Positions 7,628 through 16,500 of a stretch of DNA of 26,156 nt are shown here, in pieces; positions within the stretch are counted from its first letter, which is position 1; each line of letters opens with the position of its first letter. The notes under the pieces were generated by a model. It was not told the origin of the DNA and did not search any database. It worked only from the letters and a program-made list of their open reading frames with translations. The stretch is from the IMG/VR virus record IMGVR_UViG_3300030372_000681, positions 1 to 26,156 of that record; one strand, 5' to 3'. Position numbers and translations under genes: made by a program. This DNA comes from a virus. Lineage: Duplodnaviria; Caudoviricetes.

Positions 7628-8800
7628 ATGTCAGAATTAAAAGTAAGAGAGGTATCTAGTGTACCAGAGAAGTCAAAGGCTGAAATAGAGCAAGAGCTTC
7701 TTGAAAAACATGAAGAGCAATTTGAAGATGGTAAACCAAAAGAGGAAACCACAGTAGTTGCCGCAGAAGAAATTAAAACTGAACAACCTACAGAAGAGCC
7801 AAAAGCTGAAGAAGAGGTTAAGTCAGAAGAAAAGATTGAAGAAGAGGTAGTTAAGGAAGACTATCAAATTGGAGATGAAGACGTTCTTTCATTTATTAAA
7901 AATAGATACAGTAAAGATATAAATTCTTTAGATGATTTATTTGAACAGAAAGAAAGCAATGAGGAACTTCCAGAGGATGTTTCTGCTTATCTTAAATTCA
8001 AAAAAGAAACTGGTCGAGGATTTCAAGACTTTGTAAACCTTAATAAGGATTATGATAGTATGAATGCAGACCAACTCTTAGCTGAATATTGGTCTCAAAC
8101 TAAACCACATTTAGATGCTGATGACATTCAATTTGAACTTGAAAATAAGTTTGGATATGATGAGGACTTAGCAGATGATAAGGAGAAGAGACAGATTAAT
8201 ATAGCTAAGAAAGAAGAACTTGTAAAAGCCAAGAAGTATTTAACCAGTCAAAAGGAACAATATAGTGTACCACTTGAGTCAAGTAGTTCATTAGTTTCTG
8301 AAGAAGAAAAAAATGGCTACGAGGCTTACAAGAAGTATGTTCAAGAATCGCAAAGTATGCAGGATCAGAATATAAAAAGACAGGAGTATTTTTCTAAAAA
8401 AACAAACGAATTGTTTTCTAATGATTTCAAAGGTTTTGGTTTTAAAGTAGGAGATAAAGAGCTTGTTTATAATCCAGGAAATGTGGATAAGATGAAAACT
8501 ACTCAGTCAGATATTACTAATTTTATTAATGCTCACATTAATGAGGATGGTTTTATTAAAGATGCTAATGCATACCATAAGTCTTTAGCTGTTGCTATGA
8601 ACTCTGAAGCTTTCGCTAAGTTCTTTTATGAGCAAGGAAAGTCAGACGCTGTTAGTGATATTACTAAGGAAGCTAAAAACGTGGATATGCCCGTTAGAAA
8701 AGCTCCTGAAAGTATTAGTAAGGGTGGATTCAGTGTGACGGCAATAGGTAATGATCATGGTTCGGGACTAAAAATAAGAAGTAAAAAAAATAAAAACTAA
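7628..8800 (+). CDS. Putative capsid scaffolding protein
   Basis: Very acidic, low-complexity N-terminus, helical body and basic C-terminus. Lies between the portal and major capsid genes. Confidence 0.7.
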   Translation: MSELKVREVSSVPEKSKAEIEQELLEKHEEQFEDGKPKEETTVVAAEEIKTEQPTEEPKAEEEVKSEEKIEEEVVKEDYQIGDEDVLSFIKNRYSKDINSLDDLFEQKESNEELPEDVSAYLKFKKETGRGFQDFVNLNKDYDSMNADQLLAEYWSQTKPHLDADDIQFELENKFGYDEDLADDKEKRQINIAKKEELVKAKKYLTSQKEQYSVPLESSSSLVSEEEKNGYEAYKKYVQESQSMQDQNIKRQEYFSKKTNELFSNDFKGFGFKVGDKELVYNPGNVDKMKTTQSDITNFINAHINEDGFIKDANAYHKSLAVAMNSEAFAKFFYEQGKSDAVSDITKEAKNVDMPVRKAPESISKGGFSVTAIGNDHGSGLKIRSKKNKN

Positions 8801-8811
8801 AACTAAAACTA
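8794..8811 (+). repeat. Tandem (AAACTA)x3 immediately upstream of the major capsid start
   Basis: aaacta aaacta aaacta, then an A-run and ATG 8818. Confidence 0.8.
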
Positions 8812-8817
8812 AAAAAA

Positions 8818-10218
8818 ATGGCAGGTTCAATAACAGGTGCCGCTGGACAACCAGCGTTAACACCATCGTCAAGCAAGGCAGCATTGCCTTCAAATTATAT
8901 TACAAGTTTTGACTTTTTAAGTCAATACTTACCAGACACTTACGAGAAAGAGTTTGAAAGATATGGAAACAGATCTATCAGTGCTTTCTTGAGAATGGTT
9001 GGTGCAGAAATGCCTACTAACTCTGACCTTATTAAATGGGAAGAGCAAGGTAGATTACACACAAAGTTCGAGGGCGTAACTACAGCTACTGCTGATGCTC
9101 AAGATGCAGCTACTTTAGCAATTACTGCTAATAACTTAAGAGTAGGTCAGACTATCATGGTTTCTGATGGTACTGCTGGATCTTCAGCTAGCAATAAAGC
9201 TATTATTACAGCTGTTGCTACTAACTCAGTAGACGTAGCTTACTACGAAGCTGGTGGACAAGCAGCAGGTATGAACGCTTCAACTAATATTATTGTTTAT
9301 GTTTATGGTTCAGAGTTCAATAAAGGAGCTAATGGAATGAGCGGTTCTTTAGAGGCTGATCCAGTAATCAAAGACAATAAGCCAATTATCATCAAAGATA
9401 AGTATGTTGTATCTGGTTCAGATATGGCTCAAATCGGATGGGTAGAGGTAACTTCAGAAAATGGAGCTTCAGGATACTTATGGTACATTAAATCAGAGCA
9501 CGAAACAAGATTACGTTTTGACGACTATCTTGAAATGGCAATGATTGAAGGTGTTCCAGCAGAAGCTGCTTCTGGTGTTGCTGCTCTTTCAGCTTCAGGT
9601 CAATTAGGTAATCAAGGTACAAAAGGTTTATTCCACGAAATCGAGAACAACGGTAACGTTTGGTCTGGTGGAAACCCAACAGCTTTAGCTGACTTTGATG
9701 CTATTATCCAGAGATTAGACAAGCAAGGTGCTATTCAAGAGAATGTACTTTTTGTTAATAGAGATTTCGGATTTGACATTGATGACATGTTAGCTGCTCA
9801 AAACTCTTATGGTGCAGGTGGTACTTCTTACGGATTGTTCGACAATGACGAAGAAATGGCACTTAACCTTGGATTCTCAGGATTCAAAAGAGGATATGAG
9901 TTCTACAAGACAGATTGGAAATATCTTAACGATGCTACATTAAGAGGTGGTTTAGTTGGTGGAGCTGTAAATGGTGTATTAGTACCAGCAGGTTCAACTA
10001 ATGTTTACGATCAAGTAATGGGTAGAAACGCTAAGAGACCATTCTTACATGTAAGATACAGAGCGTCAGAAACTGAAGATAGAAGATATAAGACTTGGAT
10101 GACTGGTTCCGCTGGCGGAGCTGCGACAAGTGACTTAGATGCAATGGAGGTTAATTTCTTATCAGAAAGAGCTCTTTGTACTTTAGGTGCTAATAACTTC
10201 TTTATCTTTAAGGATTAA
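8818..10218 (+). CDS. Major capsid protein
   Basis: 466 aa after portal and scaffold. Codon usage typical of highly expressed genes (many TTC, AAC, GAC, ATC codons) and a strong terminator downstream. Confidence 0.85.
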   Translation: MAGSITGAAGQPALTPSSSKAALPSNYITSFDFLSQYLPDTYEKEFERYGNRSISAFLRMVGAEMPTNSDLIKWEEQGRLHTKFEGVTTATADAQDAATLAITANNLRVGQTIMVSDGTAGSSASNKAIITAVATNSVDVAYYEAGGQAAGMNASTNIIVYVYGSEFNKGANGMSGSLEADPVIKDNKPIIIKDKYVVSGSDMAQIGWVEVTSENGASGYLWYIKSEHETRLRFDDYLEMAMIEGVPAEAASGVAALSASGQLGNQGTKGLFHEIENNGNVWSGGNPTALADFDAIIQRLDKQGAIQENVLFVNRDFGFDIDDMLAAQNSYGAGGTSYGLFDNDEEMALNLGFSGFKRGYEFYKTDWKYLNDATLRGGLVGGAVNGVLVPAGSTNVYDQVMGRNAKRPFLHVRYRASETEDRRYKTWMTGSAGGAATSDLDAMEVNFLSERALCTLGANNFFIFKD

Positions 10219-10232
10219 GAATAACAATTACT

Positions 10233-10261
10233 AGGGGAGGGTTAATTCCCTCCTCTTTTTT
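10233..10261 (+). terminator. Intrinsic terminator after the major capsid gene
   Basis: Stem AGGGGAGGG / CCCTCCTCT with loop TTAATT, followed by a T-run. Confidence 0.85.
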
Positions 10262-10284
10262 ATAATTAAATTAAATCGAATAAA

Positions 10285-11025
10285 ATGAAAATAGAATTAA
10301 AAGATAGGGTGTATGTATTGAAGTCTCAAACAACCCCTTTGAGTTACATGCTAATCTCAAGAAACACAAAAAGAAAACCATTATTATATTTTGACGAAGA
10401 ACAGGGTTCTAATAGAGCACTTCGTTATGCAAGAAATCAAAAGAGTCCTTTCGAGGATGAGCAGGATAATAATGCTATATTGGAGCCAATAGTATTTGAA
10501 GATGGTTTCTTAACTGTTCCAAAAAACAATCCAGTACTACAAAAGTTTTTAAGTTTACATCCTGGTATTAATAAAATATTTGAAGAGGTAAACACTGAAA
10601 AAGATGCTAGTAGAGAGGTTGCTAGTTTAGATAGTCAACTGGATGCAGAAATAGCTGCTAAAGAATTAGACATTGAAATGATTGAAAACATAGCTAGATT
10701 ACTTATGGGTGCTACTGTAGATAAGTTAACGAGCTCTGAGTTAAGAAGAGATGTTAGGTTATACGCTAGACAGAACCCAATTGAGTTTTTAGAAATGGTT
10801 GATGATCCTATGGTTAGGCTACAAGGTTTAGCTAAGAAAGCATTAGACGCTAAAATACTCACATTGAGAAATGGAGATAGAGATGTTTATTTCAATCTAA
10901 AGAATAACAAAAAGAAAATGATTACTGTACCTTTTGATGAGACTCCATCGTCTGCTATATCAGCATTCTTACAGTCTGATGAAGGTGTAGAAGTTATGAA
11001 GATGTTAGAGAAAAAAGTAAATTAA
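10285..11025 (+). CDS. Hypothetical protein downstream of the major capsid gene (virion- or assembly-associated)
   Basis: ORF track. Strong A-rich start; function inferred from position only. Confidence 0.7.
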   Translation: MKIELKDRVYVLKSQTTPLSYMLISRNTKRKPLLYFDEEQGSNRALRYARNQKSPFEDEQDNNAILEPIVFEDGFLTVPKNNPVLQKFLSLHPGINKIFEEVNTEKDASREVASLDSQLDAEIAAKELDIEMIENIARLLMGATVDKLTSSELRRDVRLYARQNPIEFLEMVDDPMVRLQGLAKKALDAKILTLRNGDRDVYFNLKNNKKKMITVPFDETPSSAISAFLQSDEGVEVMKMLEKKVN

Positions 11026-11030
11026 TTTAT

Positions 11031-11038
11031 TATATTTG
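11031..11038 (+). promoter_or_regulatory. -7 promoter element TATATTTG
   Basis: TAnnTTTG just after the stop at 11025. No sense ORF between it and the next terminator. Confidence 0.6.
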
Positions 11039-11042
11039 TGCT

Positions 11043-11106
11043 TTAATTGTTTGTTTATTTCATAGTGAAGACAAGGGGGAGGGCTTAGCGGTCCTCTCTT
11101 TTTTTT
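11043..11106 (+). ncRNA. Candidate ~60-nt small RNA
   Basis: Bounded by a -7 promoter box and a GC-rich terminator, with a U-rich single-stranded 5' part and no ATG. The 5' end is an estimate. Confidence 0.4.
11075..11106 (+). terminator. Intrinsic terminator
   Basis: Stem GGGGGAGGGC / GTCCTCTCTT (with G-U pairs), loop TTAGCG, followed by a T-run. Confidence 0.8.
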
Positions 11107-11108
11107 AC

Positions 11109-11116
11109 TATCTTTG
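11109..11116 (+). promoter_or_regulatory. -7 promoter element TATCTTTG
   Basis: Directly after the terminator T-run, about 30 nt before ATG 11146. Confidence 0.7.
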
Positions 11117-11145
11117 TACTTTATTAACACATTAATTTTTTTATA

Positions 11146-11424
11146 ATGGCAAAATATATCACAATAAGCTCTACTGATGATGCAGGAAATGCACACATTG
11201 CAGTTGATAAGATTTTATTTGCTGAGACTAATTCGTCTACAGCAGCTAAAATCTATTTAGAAGATGGAACAAAACACATCGCAATTACTGGAACTGGATT
11301 AACTTCAGGATTTGGTGAAAACGTAAATGCAGCGTTGGTAGAAGCAGCTCAAACTTCATGGCATAATGCAGTAGTAGCTGTAGATTTAGGTGGAATGACT
11401 GTTACAGCAATAGCTATTGCTTAA
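11146..11424 (+). CDS. Small Ala/Thr-rich protein, possible capsid decoration or virion accessory (paralog 1)
   Basis: ORF track. Has its own promoter and terminator and resembles the next ORF. Confidence 0.7.
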   Translation: MAKYITISSTDDAGNAHIAVDKILFAETNSSTAAKIYLEDGTKHIAITGTGLTSGFGENVNAALVEAAQTSWHNAVVAVDLGGMTVTAIAIA

Positions 11425-11452
11425 TTTGTAATTCATTTTTATTACGGAATCT

Positions 11453-11482
11453 AGGGGTCAATATATTTGACCTCTTTTTTTT
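11453..11482 (+). terminator. Intrinsic terminator
   Basis: Stem AGGGGTCAA / TTGACCTCT, loop TATAT, followed by a T-run. Confidence 0.8.
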
Positions 11483-11489
11483 ATCTTTG
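11482..11489 (+). promoter_or_regulatory. -7 promoter element TATCTTTG
   Basis: Abuts the terminator T-run. Only 4 nt separate it from ATG 11494. Confidence 0.6.
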
Positions 11490-11493
11490 TATT

Positions 11494-11799
11494 ATGAACA
11501 ATTTTATATCTATACCAATTACAGATGCAGGTGGAGACTACACAGTCATAATGCAAACTAGTCATATAATTACAGCTGTTAGGCATTCATCAACTTTAAC
11601 ACACATACTTACACCAGCTGTTGGTGCTCAAGGAAGTGATGATATAATTGACGTAACACACGCAGCGGATACTGCTCAAAACTCTGTAGCAACAGCAATA
11701 ATGAAGGCGGTAGTAGCTGCTTCTTCTATACTAGGGCAAAGCGGAACTGTAAGGGATGTAGATTCCCCTGTGAACATAACTGCTGTAGACCACTCTTAA
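11494..11799 (+). CDS. Small Ala/Thr-rich protein, possible virion accessory (paralog 2), 101 aa
   Basis: Start moved from TTG 11467 (inside the terminator) to ATG 11494. MNNFISIPITDAGG aligns by eye with MAKYITISSTDDAG. Confidence 0.7.
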   Translation: MNNFISIPITDAGGDYTVIMQTSHIITAVRHSSTLTHILTPAVGAQGSDDIIDVTHAADTAQNSVATAIMKAVVAASSILGQSGTVRDVDSPVNITAVDHS

Positions 11800-11825
11800 A
11801 ATAGGCTATCTCTATTTTTTTTCAT

Positions 11826-11833
11826 TATCTTTG
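11826..11833 (+). promoter_or_regulatory. -7 promoter element TATCTTTG
   Basis: Follows a weak hairpin/T-run (11798-11822), 16 nt before ATG 11850. Confidence 0.65.
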
Positions 11834-11849
11834 TATCAAACATTTTTAG

Positions 11850-12635
11850 ATGATTAATACGGTAAGAAATACTGTCATGGCTGTCCTTAATAAGGATAAT
11901 AATGGTTATCTTACTCCAGAAGAGTTTAACCTATTTGCCAAACAGGCACAGTTAGAGATATTTGAAGAGTACTTTTATAACTATAATAACTTATTAAATA
12001 AGAACAACAAGAGATTAAGCAACACAGGATATGCTGATCTACCTAGACAACTTGAAGAAGTTATAGATACATTTACTCAATTTAAGGCATTAACACTTTC
12101 TGCTGCCAGTGAACAAACATTTGAGTTGCCTACTGATTGGTATACATTTGTATATGTAAAATACAGACATAATTGCGAAGGTGCTCCTAACACTCATACA
12201 GAGGCTGAAAGGGTTAGCGAGGCTCAAATAAATAGATTATTATCATCTAATTTAACTTCTCCTACTAAACATCATCCTGCATATGTATTTGCTCAACAGG
12301 GTTTATCTACAACGGTAGGTCCAGGTACAAGCACATATGGTAATTTAGGGAATCAAATAACATTATACCCAGCTAAAGAAACTAATTGTACGGTGGCTTG
12401 TGATTTAACCTATGTAAGATATCCAAAAGATCCTAAGTGGACCTACAACACAGTATCAGGCTCTCCTATATTTAATCAGTCTGCTGCTGACTACCAAGAC
12501 TTTGAACTACCTTTTTCTGATCAAGTAGAGATGACATTAAAAATATTACAATACGCTGGTGTAAATATAAGAGAGGCAGAAGTAGTTCAGTTTGCTTCTA
12601 CACAAGAGGCGGTAAATAATCAAAGTGAATCATAA
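11850..12635 (+). CDS. Virion structural protein, probable head-tail adaptor/ring protein
   Basis: Helical N-terminus (LNKDNNGYLTPEEFN..AQLEIF), central LPTDW..YVRYPKDP beta region and helical end, as in podovirus tail ring proteins. Synteny supports this. Confidence 0.6.
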   Translation: MINTVRNTVMAVLNKDNNGYLTPEEFNLFAKQAQLEIFEEYFYNYNNLLNKNNKRLSNTGYADLPRQLEEVIDTFTQFKALTLSAASEQTFELPTDWYTFVYVKYRHNCEGAPNTHTEAERVSEAQINRLLSSNLTSPTKHHPAYVFAQQGLSTTVGPGTSTYGNLGNQITLYPAKETNCTVACDLTYVRYPKDPKWTYNTVSGSPIFNQSAADYQDFELPFSDQVEMTLKILQYAGVNIREAEVVQFASTQEAVNNQSES

Positions 12636-13564
12636 TGGCTTATCTAACTAATTACAAATATTACAATAATGATGGAGTAGCTCCTCAAAATTCTAATTGG
12701 GGAAGCTATCAATATGTACCTCTAAAAGATATCGTTAACAACTTTATGTTGATGTATGCTGATGATGACAGCACAATAGGTAAAGTAAAAAGGTATACGG
12801 TATTATTCCACGCAAAGAGAGGTATTCAAGAAATAACTTATGATGCGTTAAGAAATGTTAAAGTATTAGAATTTTGTATTAGTGAGTGTGACAACTTAAA
12901 AATGGTGTTACCTTCTGACTACGTAAACTATGTAAGAATATCAGTAGAGAAAGATGGTATATTGTTTCCACTTCATGAAAACCCAAGTATCAACTATGCA
13001 TCAGAATATTTAAGAGATAATAACTGTGAGTTTTTATTTGATATTGATGGTGAAGTATTAGAAGCAGAAAGTTCTCAATTAGATATTAATAGATTAAATG
13101 GTTTACCTCAGTCTCAGTTTTTAGCCGAAGGCTCAAGATACGGTCAGTGGGGTTGGAATATTGATGGCGAGTGGTTTTTTAGATACGGTATTGGCGGTGC
13201 TTTCTACGGTTTAGATACATCCAAAGCAAATATAAATGACAGCTTTAGAATAGATAAAAAATCAGGAGTAATAAACTTTAGCTCAGGTGTAAAAGATGAG
13301 TGTATAGTTATTGAATATGTCTCTGATGGTATGGAGAATGGTGACGATGAGTCAGTAAGTATTAATAAGTTAGCTGAAAGTTACTTGTATGCTTATATAA
13401 AAGCTTCTATATTAGAGAACAGAATAAGTGCACAAGAGTATGTTATTAGAAGAGCTAACAAAGATAAGATGGCAAAGCTAAGAAATGCTAAAATAAGATT
13501 GAGTAACTTACACGCAGGAAGGTTATTGATGCCTTTAAGAGGTCGTGATAAATGGATTAAATGA
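12635..13564 (+). CDS. Tail tubular/ring protein
   Basis: LPSDYVNYVRIS and IEYVSDG motifs. Same helix-beta-helix layout as the previous gene; precedes the nozzle gene. Confidence 0.6.
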   Translation: MAYLTNYKYYNNDGVAPQNSNWGSYQYVPLKDIVNNFMLMYADDDSTIGKVKRYTVLFHAKRGIQEITYDALRNVKVLEFCISECDNLKMVLPSDYVNYVRISVEKDGILFPLHENPSINYASEYLRDNNCEFLFDIDGEVLEAESSQLDINRLNGLPQSQFLAEGSRYGQWGWNIDGEWFFRYGIGGAFYGLDTSKANINDSFRIDKKSGVINFSSGVKDECIVIEYVSDGMENGDDESVSINKLAESYLYAYIKASILENRISAQEYVIRRANKDKMAKLRNAKIRLSNLHAGRLLMPLRGRDKWIK

Positions 13565-16500
13565 GACTAACTAATACTTTCACAGGTGGTAAAATGAATA
13601 AAGGCCTTGATGAGCGTATTATTCCTAAAGGGGAGTATAGAGATGCGCTTAACATTGAGGTTAATAATTCTAATGGGGCTGGTATAGGTGCTGTTGAAAA
13701 CATTAGAGGTAATACCAATATAAGTAATTATAGTTTTACTGGAGATACTGGAATGGTTACTATAGGTAGTATAGCTAATGAAGCTACTAACGATATCTAC
13801 TGGATGGTATCAGGTACCAACTTTGATTATGTATTAAGATATAACTCCGATACAGGAGCTACTACCACATCATTAAAAGACACTAAGGGTAGAGTATTAA
13901 AGTTTGATTCATCTTTTTTAATAACGGGTATAAACATTATAAATAACTTATTATTTTGGACTGACGATAAAAATCCACCAAGAAGATTAAATACAAATAT
14001 AAGCTACGCTACTGATGGGTTTACAGAGGATGATATTTCTGTTATTGTTAGACCACCTTTAAATGCTCCTGAAATAGATTTAGTGACACTACCTCCTTCA
14101 GACAGCCCTAGTAATAACATAGAGTTAAAATTTTTACAGTTCTCTTATAGATATAAGTATGAAAATAACGAGTACAGTGCAATGTCTCCGTTTTCCTCTA
14201 TTGCTTTTATGCCAAGTACTTTTGATTATGACTATGGTGATGGTGATTTTAAGTCTATGAAAAATACTGCTAATTCAGTAAGAATTAGTTTAGGCACAGG
14301 CTCTTCATTAGTTAAAGAAGTTCAAGTGTTATTTAGAGATACACTAGATAGTACTATTTTTGTAGTTGATAGATTCAATAAGGATAAAGAGGGTTGGATT
14401 AGTGGATTAGAACCAAGTAACGCTAATGCTCCTTTTATTAATTTTTCCAGTGATAAAATATATTCAGCTCTTCCAGCGGATGAGTTAACTAGGTTATTTG
14501 ATAATGTTCCTTTAAAAGCAAAGGCTCAAGATATAATTGGAAGTAGATTGGTTTATGGTAACTATGTTCAATTTTTTGATTTAAAAGATAGTAACAACAT
14601 AGATATTATACCTGAATTTTCATTAAGTCATTCTCCTGTTAGTAACGCTTCTTTTCCAAGTAGAACATTTAAAACTGATAGAGATTATGAGGTTGGTATA
14701 GCTTATTTGGATGATTATGGTAGAATGACAACCGTACTTACAAGTCCTGAAAACTCAACTTACATACCTTCTAGCGATGCTAATAAAGCAAATAATTTAC
14801 AACTAGAAATAAGTAGCGTTGCTCCTTCTTTTGCTAAAAAATATAGAATATTCATTAAACAAAACAGAGGGTTGTATTATAACATATTTCCGTTGTATTA
14901 TTATGTAGATGGTTTATACAGATATTTTAGAATAAATAGGGCTGATGTAGATAAAGTGAAAGTTGGAGAGTATATTATTGCTAAGACGGGTGACGATCAA
15001 TCTATAGGTACTGGAGCTCAATATAAGGTGTTAGAAGTAGAGGTTAAGGATAAAGATTTTTTAGGTGACGATGAAATCCCTGGCTTATATTTTAAGGTAA
15101 GAATTGAAGATCCATCTATATTTAGCGGAATTGAAATAGAAGAGACTAGTATGACATCTACAGGTTGGGGTCAGTCTTTTTATGAGGCGTTTCCCCCAAA
15201 GCCATATATAAGTAATAACCCTCCAGGTGTGGCTGGTGTTGGTGTTGTTAATATACCTATATATTATGGTTCTTCTCAAACTCACAATAATTTATATATT
15301 TTACCAGGTAATTTTTCAAATTCAAAAATATACCAACCTAATCCAGCATTGACTCAGGACTGTAGGATAAGGGTATATATGAACTCTTCAACTACGTATA
15401 GTTTATTTTACTTTAACAATGGGTCATACGACATATATGATTTAAGTAACGTTGGTATTTCATTTCCTCAGACTATACCAGCGAATGGGGAAGTAGATAT
15501 TAGAGACCCTTATAACACCACTAGTTTTTTAACTAAAATAAAATTCCCACACTCTTCAGGATACAGACCTGGTGATTATTGGATTGTAAATATTCATGGT
15601 CAGTTCGGAAGTTATGATGATAAAACACTTTATGGAGAAACTACATTTGTAACTGAATTAAACAACTCTTCTGATCCAAACATGGATTTACCATTATTTG
15701 ATACTGGTGTTAACGAAGCCTATCGAGAAAAAAATAATATGGTTGGATTTGCTATACCATGTAATCGTCCTTGGAGCCCATCTTCGGGATCTGATGTACA
15801 GCAGTCAGAAGTTCAACCAGGGGTTTTTACTCAAGACAGACCTATTGAAGCTGCCGCTGTTATACGTATGACAATTAGAGATAGAAACGGTAGTTTAGGT
15901 GGAGAGGGTAGTGAGGGGTGGCAAGCAGAAATGAGGTGGGTTTCGCCTAAGAAATATGCTAATTTAGAAGAGTGGTTTTGGGAAAGTTTAGCATATAAGA
16001 AATTTATACAAATTTCATCACGTACCAATAAAGATATTGGTCCTCAAAATGTATTTTTTAGAAGAGGTTTTGATAGAACTGATAAGTATTTTCCAGGACA
16101 TGTTAATGGTAGTGGATCTTCTAATACTAACTATATAACACAAGTAAACACATCAATAACAGAGGATAATTGGTCAGAAAGAATTACTACAAATCCTTCT
16201 TGGATGATAATAAAAGGAACGGGTATATCTTATGATTCTGCTGATGGGTTTATTGACGCTCTATTTGACGACTACACCTCAAGACCTTCAAATATTGCTG
16301 TTAAATTAGAAGTACTTCAATCCTCTGAAACTTCAGCTTTTGAAACAGAAGGTAAGGAAAATGTAGATGATGTTTTTCATGAAACTAATTTAACTCTTGA
16401 TATCTTCACAGACCCTGAAGGAAGAAAAGTACATAGTGGTAGTTTAAATGGTCAAAATCAAATAGTAGGTAATGGGCCAGCAATAGTAAATTTATTAGAT

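Noticed and set aside
11005-11196. 63-aa minus-strand ORF across the intergenic region
   Set aside because: It overlaps two + strand genes, and its KKKRGPLSPPP segment is just the reverse complement of the terminator.
11462-11469. Additional TATATTTG match
   Set aside because: It falls in the loop and 3' arm of a terminator and lacks the following T seen in the other boxes, so it is probably incidental, though not excluded.
11467-11493. TTG start giving a 110-aa protein
   Set aside because: It lies inside the terminator and promoter. ATG 11494 matches the paralog's N-terminus.
11798-11822. Terminator after paralog 2
   Set aside because: The stem is short and AT-rich, so it is not listed as a feature. 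It is mentioned only as a weak junction in the cassette finding.
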